Shown: positions 12,452 through 23,746, counted from the whole stretch's first letter. The stretch: DNA of 52,553 bases, filler included, from Sanchytrium tribonematis (GCA_018985235.1; 6 parts of 6 records of this genome joined end to end with filler, not necessarily neighbours in it); one strand, 5' to 3'. Made by a program: numbers and translations. The notes: generated from the letters alone by a model not told the origin.

Positions 12452-13249
12452 TTAAGCGAGTTTTATTTTTTGATTTTCTATTGAAACTGAAGGTGCCTTT
12501 GGGTGTTGCATCTTGAAAGCAATATATAATCCAGACAAAGGAAGCAGTTTTTGCCTTTCTTCATTCAAATAGCCATCTTTTTCGTAATATTTGCCTGCCA
12601 GAAATTTCGGAGGAACTTCACAAATATTTCGCAATTGATGGTACAGGTATGCTTCTGGTTGGTCTTCTTGAAAACTTTTGTAAACTCTTTTGTGTAGCTG
12701 GCTGAGACCTACCTTTGTGTGATAAGCAATAGTTACAACTCCACCTGCATTCTCAATATTTTGTTTAGCTGCCTCTGAAATTCGAGATACAACCAAATGA
12801 ATTGATTTTTGTAATGGAATTCCATTAAGTATAGTTGTGGGATGTAATTTATGGACCAAATTGCGTTCAAAAAGATCTACAATATGAATTAATGGTCTTC
12901 CCTCTGTATCTTTTAATAATTTCAAGTCATTCATTCTGTCCATTTTGTTGACTAGCTGAGTAATTGTAAGCGATTGAAAGCTGCGGACTCCATATAACTT
13001 GAAGGTGTCATTTACCATGGAACCAATTTTCGGAAATCGTTTCCAAAATGGAATAGTGCTACCATTAAATCCAATTTTTACATGATGCCTCGCTTTTTGA
13101 CCATTGCTTCCTTTTCCATATCTCGTATTTCTTCGTTTGTTTGCTGTTCTATTTGATGCTTGATATACCGCAGACTTCAAATTATTGAGGGAGAGGCGAT
13201 TCATTTTCTGAGGGCACAGCGAAACAAGGGTCACGAAGTAGGTGGTCAT
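12452..13249 (-). CDS. MRPL10: Mitochondrial ribosomal protein uL15m (start may be ATG 13204)
   Basis: GKGSNGQKAR..IGFNGSTIPFWKRFPKIG and ISEAAKQNIENAGG.V motifs of L15. Confidence 0.75.
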   Translation of the reverse strand: MTTYFVTLVSLCPQKMNRLSLNNLKSAVYQASNRTANKRRNTRYGKGSNGQKARHHVKIGFNGSTIPFWKRFPKIGSMVNDTFKLYGVRSFQSLTITQLVNKMDRMNDLKLLKDTEGRPLIHIVDLFERNLVHKLHPTTILNGIPLQKSIHLVVSRISEAAKQNIENAGGVVTIAYHTKVGLSQLHKRVYKSFQEDQPEAYLYHQLRNICEVPPKFLAGKYYEKDGYLNEERQKLLPLSGLYIAFKMQHPKAPSVSIENQKIKLA

Positions 13250-13316
13250 AATAAATCAAATCAGTCGATGATTACACATAAATTTATTATTTTCGGATTA
13301 TAACTGCTTCAAATAT

Positions 13317-15104
13317 TCAAAGGTCCTCAACCTTTTCACTCAAAATCGGAATTTCATTAAGCTCAAGATCGGAAATATTACTTATATTCTTGGTCATAAA
13401 GCTTGGTCTAGCATCTTGAATAATTGGAGAAGAAAGCTCGTTGATGTTGTCATATTGAAGCGTCTTGTTTTTTTTCGAGTATTTTTGAAATATTAGATCT
13501 AAGGCATGAACGCCAGTATAGTCGATTACGATGCATTCTCTTAAATCGACAAGAATTTCAGAAGGGTCATTAAACTCATCAAATAATTCAATATATTGGT
13601 GAGCTGAGCCAAAGTAAAGTGGTCCTTTTACCCTATAAATCTTAGATTCGCCATTTTCACCCTCTTCAATATTAAAATTTAACAATTTTCCAGAATTCCA
13701 GCTATTGCAAAGCGCGGCCCATATTACGCCTGCAATCACTCCAGTTGCTAAATTGTAGACTACTGCTAAGATTGTTACCAGTAAAATTGCAATTGAGTCC
13801 TCTATCGGAATTTTGAATAGTAGAAATAAAGATCTCCAATAAAAAGTTTTGAATACAATCACCCATAATACGCCTGATAGGCAAGCAACCGGAACTAGCT
13901 TAATCAACATTGGTAGCAAAGAAACTAAGATCAGGATTGATATTCCTACTGTTATTCCACTAAGTCGATGTTTCCCTCCATTATATACATTTGCCATTGC
14001 TTGAGCAATCATTGCTCCACCACCCTGGGTTTTAAAGATTCCGCAAATAAAATTGGCAATACCTTGAGCAAAAGACTCTTGCACTGCCATTGACGCATTG
14101 GTTTTAATTCCAAACTTATCTCCGACAGTTGCAAGAGTCATGATACTTTCACACAGACCAATTAAAGCTAACATAAAAGCATAAGTCAGCACGATACTCC
14201 ATCTGATACCAGAGATATTGGGAATCCCTGGGATTGGAAAATGGCCCTTAAAATCAGATGTATCGCCTACAGTTCGCACTCCCTGGTGAATCAATAGTCT
14301 GTTTATCAAATGCTCCCAAGTGGTGGTAAACACCAGTGCAACCAGAGTGCTTGGTATAACTTTTCCAATTTTTGGTATTTTCGGGAATCCAACCATAATA
14401 ATTATGGTTTGAGCAACACAGAGAACTGTAAGCCAGAGTTCAAGGCTGTGGATGTTCATATAGTATAGAGTATTGTTAAGCGAGCAAACAGCAAAATCAC
14501 CGTCGCATTTTTGAAAAATTGACAATTGGGTGATAAATATTAAAATGCTTAAACCGTTAAGGAAGCCTATCATTGCAGTTTCAGGAATAAGCTTGATAAA
14601 CTTTGCAAGCTTAAAGTATCCTACAAGAATTTGTATCACACCTACAAATATGATCGTCAACCACACATACTGTTTACGATCCTCAACAGAGAGGTCTCCC
14701 AAAGGGCCCAAATTATCCATTAGGTTTTTGGTGACCACTGCCAAAGCACCAGCAGCACCATTTGCCATTCCACCTAGTCTGGTAAACATTGTTGCAAAAA
14801 TGGCCATAAAAACAGTTGCATAAAGTCCAGTTTCCGGTTCTAAATGAGCTGCATAACTAAACGCAACTACCTCAGGAACCATAAGTGTGCTTACACATAT
14901 TCCTGATATAATCTCTGATGCAAAAATTTTAGGATTGTGGAAATAAAATGAGGCTGAATCCCTTGTAAATGTTGCCACAAATTCCGGCCATGAAGAAATA
15001 ACTTGAATTTTTTGGTACTCCTTGTATAATTGTTGTTTTACTAATTTGCTTGCTTTTTTGATGTCCTTGGAGAACAGTTGAAGATCATTAAAAAATTTCT
15101 GCAT
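13317..15104 (-). CDS. SulP/SLC26 anion transporter with STAS domain, bacterial-type
   Basis: MVPEVVAFSYAAHL.P.TGLYA, GAAGALAVV, AQGIAN...GGGAMIAQ; STAS segment YRVKGPLYFGS...NDP..VDL. Confidence 0.9.
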   Translation of the reverse strand: MQKFFNDLQLFSKDIKKASKLVKQQLYKEYQKIQVISSWPEFVATFTRDSASFYFHNPKIFASEIISGICVSTLMVPEVVAFSYAAHLEPETGLYATVFMAIFATMFTRLGGMANGAAGALAVVTKNLMDNLGPLGDLSVEDRKQYVWLTIIFVGVIQILVGYFKLAKFIKLIPETAMIGFLNGLSILIFITQLSIFQKCDGDFAVCSLNNTLYYMNIHSLELWLTVLCVAQTIIIMVGFPKIPKIGKVIPSTLVALVFTTTWEHLINRLLIHQGVRTVGDTSDFKGHFPIPGIPNISGIRWSIVLTYAFMLALIGLCESIMTLATVGDKFGIKTNASMAVQESFAQGIANFICGIFKTQGGGAMIAQAMANVYNGGKHRLSGITVGISILILVSLLPMLIKLVPVACLSGVLWVIVFKTFYWRSLFLLFKIPIEDSIAILLVTILAVVYNLATGVIAGVIWAALCNSWNSGKLLNFNIEEGENGESKIYRVKGPLYFGSAHQYIELFDEFNDPSEILVDLRECIVIDYTGVHALDLIFQKYSKKNKTLQYDNINELSSPIIQDARPSFMTKNISNISDLELNEIPILSEKVEDL

Positions 15105-15113
15105 CCCCAAGTT

Positions 15114-15626
15114 TTAAAACTCCAAAAGAAATCTCCAAGGCTTTAAAGCATATTCTTTTGCATATTTTATACCAATTCGGGGTGTTTTAATCACTGGTTT
15201 CGTATTTGGGCCGCGATCTTCTATCCATAAGCCACACTTATAACCTAATGTTTTATGATTTAATGACTTATTCACTTTAAGAAATTTTGATAGTATACCA
15301 GGTCCTTTACAATGCCCCGCTCCTCTAATTAGAACTGCCGCAGGGTAATCTTTTTCACCCGTAACTACATTAATCATCCAATAGATCCCATATATTAGAT
15401 AAATGTATAACTGACCGCCTTCATCAAACATAGGTATTGTTCTCTTAGTTTTACCAAATCGGCCATGACACGCCAAGTCGTTAGGCCCATCATAAGCTTC
15501 TACCTCGGTAATTTCCAATTCAAATATCTTGCCATTAATTTCTCTTACAATGTATTTGCCAAGCAAATCTTCTGCAACTTGTAAAACAGGTCTCTTAAAA
15601 AAGTCCTGAGATAAAATATCTCCCAT
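15114..15626 (-). CDS. mpg: 3-methyladenine DNA glycosylase (MPG/AAG family), compact bacterial-like form
   Basis: FF.RP.L.VA.DLLGK, ITEVEAYDG..D.ACH, YIYLIYG, PAAVLIRG, GPG, TPRIGI.YA and PWRF motifs. Confidence 0.93.
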   Translation of the reverse strand: MGDILSQDFFKRPVLQVAEDLLGKYIVREINGKIFELEITEVEAYDGPNDLACHGRFGKTKRTIPMFDEGGQLYIYLIYGIYWMINVVTGEKDYPAAVLIRGAGHCKGPGILSKFLKVNKSLNHKTLGYKCGLWIEDRGPNTKPVIKTPRIGIKYAKEYALKPWRFLLEF

Positions 15627-15678
15627 TGTTTGAGCTACACAAAATATATTGCAAATGATATGATGTTAAATTAAGGAT

Positions 15679-15936
15679 TTATTGAATAAATAGTAAATGG
15701 GTATCTCGAGCAATTCTTTGGCATGCTTCAGGTGAAATTTTATTTTCTCTAGCCAAGTGCAAGATAACACCTGGAATTTGGTGTTCTGGTACCTTCATAA
15801 GTCTAAGTGTTTCTAAAGGGTTCCTGTATAGTACGTAATCGTAACATTTCGAGACAAATAAGCTCTGTCTCATAGATTTGCAGGATCCTCCCTTTTGGAG
15901 TGTTAGCTGGATAAACTGATGAGGTACCGTGGACAT
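15679..15936 (-). CDS. Small hypothetical protein, paralog of 16378-16626
   Basis: Shares CYD..Y..P..TL.L..VP with its neighbour. Confidence 0.6.
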   Translation of the reverse strand: MSTVPHQFIQLTLQKGGSCKSMRQSLFVSKCYDYVLYRNPLETLRLMKVPEHQIPGVILHLARENKISPEACQRIARDTHLLFIQ

Positions 15937-16377
15937 TAATTCTAATTAACGACTAGAGCGTCTTTAAATAATCCTCTTTAAGGAATTAGGACTCATGTAA
16001 CCCCTGCTCTAAGGATTATAAGCAGATTTGATTTGTCATAGACCTGGGATAAAATTCGATGATTTTATTGTTTGCTTGTCATTTTGAGAAGAAACAGCAC
16101 TGTCTATGTCAATTATAGAATTATCTTTGCGCCTACTTCTATTTTTAAGCCAGTAATTGAATATTTCAAGCTGCGCAATTAGCCTCAATTTTCTCAATTT
16201 CCTTCATATTTGTTGGTAAATTAATCTCGAATTCCTTAAAATTGATAAACTCTGCATTTTGTCTCACGACTTTAATCATTGAATTTAATTTTGTTTCAAT
16301 TAATTACGTTATTTTAAGTTGACAGGTATTAGATATGCAGCGTTGAAAGTTAAATGAATTCAACAATTATAAATTTA

Positions 16378-16626
16378 TTAAACCTCAAGATATTCCAAAG
16401 TTTTGTCGACTGTTGTTCGATGGTTTACCACTAGTTCGATTAATAAAGCTCTCATATGGGAAGGTGGAACATTCAATAGTTTGAGTGTGTCTACGGGCTT
16501 TTCATAAATAATTTGGTCGTAACAATTAGCTACTAGTAATGCCCTGTATAAATCATGGCTTTTTACGCCTTGTTTCTCAATTGTGGTTCTAATCATTCGT
16601 TCATTAATTTGTTGTAAACTGCTCAT
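16378..16626 (-). CDS. Small hypothetical protein, paralog of 15679-15936
   Basis: CYDQIIYEKPVDTLKLLNVP versus CYDYVLYRNPLETLRLMKVP. Confidence 0.6.
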   Translation of the reverse strand: MSSLQQINERMIRTTIEKQGVKSHDLYRALLVANCYDQIIYEKPVDTLKLLNVPPSHMRALLIELVVNHRTTVDKTLEYLEV

Positions 16627-16754
16627 TGTTAAAGTTATGGGGAATCTGCTTCTTATAAACTTTGACACAGATTATGGTTCAAATCACAGAGTCTGAAATT
16701 TCTGTGGTCGAAATTTGAAAAAACTGAGAAACCTTTACACTAGTAAATACTTTA

Positions 16755-16943
16755 TTACCAGGATTCCAAAGCGTCAGTCATCGCACCGATAATTGAGGCG
16801 TACTTTGAAGTTACGTAAGGCTCGTTTAATATGATATAATCCAGGTTGTTTTGCAAAATCACTCTTTCGAAGAGAGTATTTGCTTTAAGATATTTTTGGT
16901 ATGTTATTTGCAAAATACAGTGTATTGACTGTGGACTATCCAT
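16755..16943 (-). CDS. Possible third, truncated or divergent member of the small tandem family
   Basis: ILQNNLDYIILNEP resembles the LLVANCYDQIIYEKP block. Confidence 0.35.
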   Translation of the reverse strand: MDSPQSIHCILQITYQKYLKANTLFERVILQNNLDYIILNEPYVTSKYASIIGAMTDALESW

Positions 16944-17169
16944 ACAAAATTGAAACTTGTAGCGAACTCATAATTTTAACTAATGCCAAGGAATCTTGTC
17001 CATTAATGATTGGTTTAATTCAAAACTTATTATATTTTATGACTTTGTAAATACTTTGCAGCAAAATTTCATCGATTTATGAACAACGTGCAATATTAGA
17101 AGATGTTTGTAGTGAAGTTTTGCAATCGAATATAACTTACTAATGCAAGCGGAGAATTTAGGATAAAAC

Positions 17170-20100
17170 ATGCCGCTATTACAATCACAATTGCAACGGC
17201 CACTAAAAAAACCGCATTTGTTATTGGACTCAAATTATGGCGAAGAGGTTTTACTTCAAGTAGCGTTAGAAGGTTTAGAAAGATTAGAAATGGAAAGCCC
17301 TTTGTTTGATTTAGAGTGTCAGATTTACGGCGATGAACTAAAGGCAAAATTAATTGAATTTTTGTCAGAATTGGCACATCATTTAGACTGTTTGGATGGT
17401 TTAAAGTGCTTGGATTTTCTAGTTAGAAAGTATGACTTGCTTCGACTAGATATTGTACTTATTTTATTTCCTTATCACGATTCTACATGGTTCAGAACCA
17501 TAATTAATAGTATGAAAGAAACTATTTTTATTAAGCAATTAAAAAATTGTCCTTCACTGTCTAAAAAAACAATACTCAAAGCCTTAAATGAGCAAGAGAT
17601 TAGGGAAATTCTAGATTTTTACATTTCGTTTGTGCAGTCATATGGTGGATATAAGATTTTGTACAATTCCTTTTCCAGTTTTGTAGTTAAAATTCAAAAC
17701 ATCGAGTATGTATCTCATTGTCTCTCTGAAGCATTGAAAATGGAAGATGAAAGTCTGATAACTGGATGCTGTTTTGCATTTGGAGAATGTTTAACGCGTA
17801 ATTTGGTCGACATCAAACCCTTAAAGAAGGTACTGTTGCAGCTGTTAGACTACGGTAAAAGTTCCGCCTTAATGATGGTTGCATTTGCTCTCAAAAGATC
17901 AAACTGCACTCTCACTCCTGAGTTATTGCCCGAGAATATTGAATTGTATGCAAAGTCTCTGGTCAATTTATCTTGCAACACTTCCCACATTATTCCGGCT
18001 CTATTTTGTACTTGCAAAGAGACTAGTAACTTTGAAGCTATGTCAACAATAGCATTGTCAAAATACGGGACCGTTGAAATGGGCACCGATTTAATGAATT
18101 TATTTTCAGAGGAGATGTCTGAGGAACAATTGAAGATCGCTCAATTGCTGAATGAAAAATATTCGATTCAATCAAGAGCCCTCAGCCTTAATTTGTATGG
18201 CCATAATGAAAAAGATCAACTCGAGGCTCTCAAGTCAATAAGTCTTGAAGAAAATATTGCTGATGTGAAAAATTTATTAAAGTTTGCTCCACTTCGTGTA
18301 ACTTGTTACATTTTATCAAAATTAAAGGAATTTAAACCGTTCAGCGATCTGATGTACGCTGTATCTCTTTGTACTTTTCACAAAGAAACGGTTGTTGAGA
18401 CTCTGGCTCTACAGGTGTTACAAAAAAACAATTGTACAGCTGCAGTGGAATTGCATCACGCCGCCTATGATAACACAGATTTTTCTTGTGAACATGATGT
18501 TGTTGACTATGCTCTTGTATTTCTTGAAAATCGAATGCTAGTTCCCTTTTCGAAACTCTTACAATGCATTCCTGTCGAAAAATTATTTCAATTTTTACCA
18601 TTTTTTAAGGACTTAAATCTTCAAAATGACGAAGAACTAGTTATTATTCAACATATACTGCCTTCTTTGAAATCATTTTTGAAGCTCAAATCAAAGTCAA
18701 GCATGACAGAAATTACTCCATCCCTAAAGTTAATAACATCTTTGCCTTTTGAGAGCGACATTTTAGGTTTTATTTTCTCCAGAGTAGAATTCCCAAAATA
18801 TTTAGAATTGGTTATGGCACTTATAGTCTGTCCAGTCAATTATCGATTAACCAAGTCTGCACTCAATCATCTCGTATATTTGAATGCTATTTCTGATAAC
18901 TCAACCCCACTAAGATTTCTCATGAAGAGTTACAATATTGCTCCCACATACAAGGTTAAAAAAATGAGCTCTTTTGACTTCAATGATTACTTCAAAACCC
19001 TTTTCAAGACTGAAATTAAAAATCCTACAGATTTGGCCAAAGCTTTACTGAGATACTGCGGTACCAACCAGTTCTGTTTACTTTTGTTGAAACAAGCTCA
19101 AATCGGAATACAGATGCTGAAAGAGTGTTTTATAAGATGTCAATTTTATGATGAATTGCAGCTTCTCTCTTTTATGGCTAAAAACTGCTCTCAGTCCGAT
19201 GTTCTGACTTTTTTGAGCACCAAGACTATTTTAAATCACACTCAGGCAAGTCTCATGACTATTTTAGAATCTTTGAATATCCAGGAGGCTCCCGCTAAAA
19301 ATTTACTCCCCAATCTTTTTCAAAATTATGTCTCCTCATTTGAACAATCTGTAGGTCATTACTTTAAATTGATTCTGCTTAAATATCCCACCGAATCTAT
19401 TTGTTATTTAATGAAGAACAAAAAAGATGCAAGCGCGCATATCTCAATATTGCAGCTTGTGGTGCAAGAGAAAGGAATGGACAAGGTGGTTAGAAACAAA
19501 ATTAGTAGCATCTTAGATGATGTAATGTTAGAGGAGGATCACAATCTTGTATACAAAGTTCTCGAATTAGTCTTGAACGCATTTGATTTGAATATGCCTG
19601 TTGTACCAAATCAATTGAAATTGTTGAATTGCTTTAAAAAGCACCAACATGTAATGATTCATCAACAAATACTTAAAGTTTATTGCCATTTAATCAAAAT
19701 TGAGCCAGATGATACTTTGGAACATGTCATTAATATATTTTTACTAATCGGCGCGAACATGTATAAATTGGATAACGATTATAATTACCAGGTACTGAAT
19801 CAGTTTATGGTGCAATGTGTTTGTCAGCATCCGAAAAAAGAGGATTTGATTGATATGTTTACAACTTGCTTTGAATTTATTCCCTCGCATCGAAAATTAC
19901 ATATTTATTCAACATTACTGTCTCATATTGATATTTTTATACCTCTTTATAAAAATATTCAAGATGATGCATTTTTCTTGGAAGTGTTGCTTTCTTTAGA
20001 CCCCAAAAAATCATTTAAAATTTTAAACAATTTGATGAAATTAAATATCTCGCACTTTATTAACAATTACTTTGTTAATTGCGCGGTTGTGACTCTCGAG

Positions 20101-20568
20101 TATACAGATTTAGTAAGACCATTGTTACAACACGTTGTTGATTTTGATCAATTTTCAAACGAACTATTAAGTCAATTTTTGATGTTTGAGCATGTTGCTC
20201 AATTCAGTATACAAAAAATCAAGCAATTAAAGGAAGTTTCTGAATTTCAACTTTATTTGAGTCATTTAGATGAGTGCAATATCGAGTTGGGCATCAAATT
20301 GGCCTCTAATGCCATTATTGTCAGTGATTTTAATCCATTGATTTTAGATAGTGTTTATCAATATGTTAACAACAATATTACAAACAGAAAGATTCTCAAA
20401 TTAATTAACTTAATTTTGAGAAGCGAATGTAAGCAAAGACTTACTTTTCTGCCAATTAGTCTTCAATTTATACAAGAATTTAATGATTTTGAGTTATTGG
20501 TGACACTTTTTAAGTATAGTCACTACATATCATCTCATCTCCCTCTGTTATGGACTAAATTATTAGAG
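17170..20568 (+). CDS. UTP10: U3 snoRNP t-UTP subunit Utp10/HEATR1, 3' end cut by contig edge
   Basis: KCLDFLVRKY..LFPYHDS, IGANMYKLDNDYNYQV and FIPSHRKLHIY motifs; Leu-rich HEAT-like body. Confidence 0.8.
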
Positions 20569-20668
20569 NNNNNNNNNNNNNNNNNNNNNNNNNNNNNNNN
20601 NNNNNNNNNNNNTTAATTAATTAANNNNNNNNNNNNNNNNNNNNNNNNNNNNNNNNNNNNNNNNNNNN
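20569..20668. other. Artificial contig linker (44 N + TTAATTAATTAA + 44 N)
   Basis: Identical 100-nt structure with stops in all six frames, present five times. Confidence 0.98.
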
Positions 20669-21524
20669 CCATCTTATGAAGCTGCAGCAAATCCAAAAGG
20701 TTGGAAATCGCCTTCAATTTTGCTTTATAGGAAAAACAATTACATTGAATTACCTATAAATGATCTTGAAAAGGAAAAAATGATTCAATTTTTAAAATTT
20801 TCAACTTCCTCTGTCTCACCGCTTCAATCACCGTCTATTCAACAAATTGTTCCACTTCAAGAGTACGAAAATATTGGACATGGGTTTTTATGTGCACTGG
20901 ACGCAGAATTCGTCAGTCTGCAAGAGGAATTAGTTGAGTTTAAGAGTGACGGCAGCAAAAATATAAAAAGGCCTTCCCGAATGCATTTGGCACGTGTTTC
21001 AATATTACGGGGTGAGGGCTTTCATGAAGGGAAGCCTTTTGTGGACGATTATATTGTCCCCAAAGAAGAAATACAAGATTATCTCACACAATACAGCGGC
21101 ATTAAGCCAGACGACTTGGATCCAAAAGTAAGCAGGAAACGTCTTTTGCATTTAAAAACCGTATATAAAAAAATAAGATATCTCATTGATCTTGGCTGTA
21201 TCTTCTTAGGACACGGGCTAAAGAAAGATTTAAGGATAATCAGTAATTTAATCTAATATAGACATCCACGTTCCGAGTCATCAAATTATTGACACCGTCG
21301 ATTTGTATTATTTAGAATCTTTTCAAAGGAGACTAAGTTTAAAATATTTAGCCTTTAAGGTTCTTCAAAAGTCTATTCAAACTGATACACATGATTCCAT
21401 AGAGGATGCTTTAACAGCCTTGGAACTTTACAAATACTTTCAGACAATTCATGATCCTGACGCATTTTTGAAGAGGCTGTACCTTGAAGGTAGAAAAACA
21501 AATTTTAAAATACCGAATGAATAA
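20669..21524 (+). CDS. PAN2: PAN2 deadenylase C-terminal DEDD exonuclease domain, join(<20669..21242,21262..21524)
   Basis: ALDAEFVSL, LARVSILRG, DYLTQYSGI, GHGLKKDLRIINIHVP..IIDTVDLY (after splicing), HDSIEDA. Confidence 0.93.
21243..21261 (+). other. 19-nt spliceosomal intron in PAN2
   Basis: GTAATTTAATCTAATATAG; excision joins the two ORF-track fragments in frame. Confidence 0.92.
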
Positions 21525-21623
21525 AGTACAATTATGAATTTTTTAATTGCAAGTTGTAACTGTAAAATAAATCATTTTAGTATAATTCCAGATTTTAAAT
21601 TACGCGTTAAAAGCCTCTTTTAA

Positions 21624-22124
21624 ATGTCGTTGTCAAAACTTCCGTATGATGTACAATTAAAAATATTTCAGCATGTTCCAGAAACAGAATTGATATCAAG
21701 TGAAACTGTAGAAGCGCAAAGTAGAATATATAAACAATATCCCAGATTTGATTCCGAGGACAGTTTGGCTTCTTTTGATGACTGGAATCTGGTTAAAGAG
21801 TGTGATGTTTCTGACAGTATAACATCAGAATCTAAGAAGTTGATCTACTCAAAATTACTTTCAAAGTCTAAAGTTAAAAGTTTTCAGATCTTAAATAAAT
21901 GGAGAGCAGAATTGGTCGCTGATTGTAAGTGTCATTTTAAAAGGTTGAAAGTCTTGTATATTGCAGATATGGATATAGAAAAGGTGTTTTCCAATATAAC
22001 TGTTGATGAACTAACAATTTCTGGAAATAAATGGAATCAGCTCAGTCCAGAGGTCATAAAAAACATAAAATCTAAGTGCAAAATAATCATTGGACCTTCG
22101 GAATTGCTAAAACTTTTTGAATAA
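21624..22124 (+). CDS. Small F-box-like protein
   Basis: N-terminal LSKLPYDVQLKIFQHVP fits the F-box consensus. Confidence 0.55.
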   Translation: MSLSKLPYDVQLKIFQHVPETELISSETVEAQSRIYKQYPRFDSEDSLASFDDWNLVKECDVSDSITSESKKLIYSKLLSKSKVKSFQILNKWRAELVADCKCHFKRLKVLYIADMDIEKVFSNITVDELTISGNKWNQLSPEVIKNIKSKCKIIIGPSELLKLFE

Positions 22125-22177
22125 AGCTTATATTTGTGTACAAAAAGGAAAATCTTGGACTTCTCCTTTGTTTTACA

Positions 22178-23427
22178 ATGTCAAATTCTATACTGACAGA
22201 AAAATCAAAATCAGATCTTTTAATGTCTATCATTGCCTTTCTAGATGAAAACCTATTGGCAGCATCTTCAAAAATGCTTCAGGAAGAATCACAACTGAAA
22301 CCGTCTCCACAACATTCTGGTTTATTAGAACGAAAGTGGGTCACAGTGTCACGACTTCAAAAAAGATGTATGGATCTAGAAAAACAAATTTCAGAGCTAC
22401 AAGCTGAAATCGACAAGAATGTGTTTCGAAAGAAACAGCATCATGATTTCACACCACTGCCAATGGACAATAGTCGGTTCACTCTAGAAGGCCACAAAGC
22501 AGGCGTGACCTGTGTTGCGGTTCATCCAAAATACACCACAATTGCAAGTGCCTCTGAAGATGCCACAATTAAGATTTACGATTATGAAGTAGGAACATTC
22601 GAATTTTCTTGCAAAGGCCATACGAAAGCAGTGACATCCGTCGCATTCTCGAAAGACGGGAAATGGCTTGCTTCTGCAAGTCAAGATACTCTTATTAAAT
22701 TATGGGATGTGGATAACAATTATAATTGCATTAAAACCTATTACGGCCATGACCATTATGTTTCTTCCATCATATTTTCCCAAGATCTTAAATATTTATA
22801 CAGTTGTTCAAGAGATAATACTGCAAAGCAGTGGAATGTACTTATGGGCACTTGTGAGAATACTTATTTTGGTCATAATGACTGGGTTAGGTGCCTGGAT
22901 ATAAATGAAGAGAATTCAATTTTAGCAACAGCCGGAAGCGACAGTCTTATAAAATTATGGTCATTAGAAACGCACCAGGAAATAGCGGAATTAAATGGTC
23001 ATGAACACGTCATAGAAACAATTAAATTTGCGCCAAAAATTTGTGTAAAAGATGCTCAAGAGCTTACAAAATCAAAACAAAACATGATATTACTGTTCTC
23101 TGCTGGCAGAGATAAAGAAATCAAGATGTGGAATACCATGACTCAAGAATGCTTGTATAGTTTCAAAGGTCATGAAAATTGGATTCGTTCTATTTGTATA
23201 CAGTACTCACTAAACTCTGGTGAATTTGAGTTTCCAACTTGCATATTGAGCGTTGGCGATGACAAAAGCATACGGGTATCAATAATTTACTTAGATATGG
23301 GATCTTAGGACTGGAAAAATGACCAAATTAATTGAGAATGCTCATGATGATTTTATAACTAATATAAATAGTAATTTGGGCTCTGCAATATCGCCTCACA
23401 CAGCCAATATGTTTGTGAGTACCGATG
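22178..23427 (+). CDS. LIS1: Dynein regulator LIS1/NudF/Pac1 (LisH, coiled coil, WD40), join(22178..23275,23295..>23427)
   Basis: GLLERKWVTVSRLQKRCMDLE signature; WD40 repeats; DDKSIR|IWDL after splicing. Confidence 0.92.
23276..23294 (+). other. 19-nt spliceosomal intron in LIS1
   Basis: GTATCAATAATTTACTTAG; excision restores the WD motif DDKSIRIWDL. Confidence 0.9.
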
Positions 23428-23527
23428 NNNNNNNNNNNNNNNNNNNNNNNNNNNNNNNNNNNNNNNNNNNNTTAATTAATTAANNNNNNNNNNNNNNNNN
23501 NNNNNNNNNNNNNNNNNNNNNNNNNNN
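23428..23527. other. Artificial contig linker
   Basis: 44 N + TTAATTAATTAA + 44 N. Confidence 0.98.
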
Positions 23528-23694
23528 GATTTCTTCTTGTTTCTGCTGTAATTGCTGTGCCAATTGTTGGATTTTTTGATTTAATTGATTTTGATTTTGT
23601 GACATGGAGATTTTTGAAGAGTTTATTTTTTAAAACATTGAAAATCATTTGATAAAGTATTTCAATTACCCAGTGGCTCTGTTGAGCAATGTGC
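23528..23694 (-). repeat. Left copy of an inverted repeat, containing the ORF start MSQNQNQLNQKIQQLAQQLQQKQEEI (ATG 23605) reading outward
   Basis: Reverse complement closely matches 26134-26284. Confidence 0.9.
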
Positions 23695-23746
23695 AAACGC
23701 GTCGATTCATTTATTTCTACCCAAATTCAAGCCACGTTCTGTAAAA

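Noticed and set aside
16037..16200. YWLKNRSRRK homeodomain-like motif on the minus strand
   Set aside because: The frame has a stop immediately upstream, no ATG and no helix 1-2 pattern
20613..20624. TTAATTAATTAA palindromes as piggyBac sites or biological repeats
   Set aside because: Always centred in 44+44 N; synthetic linker
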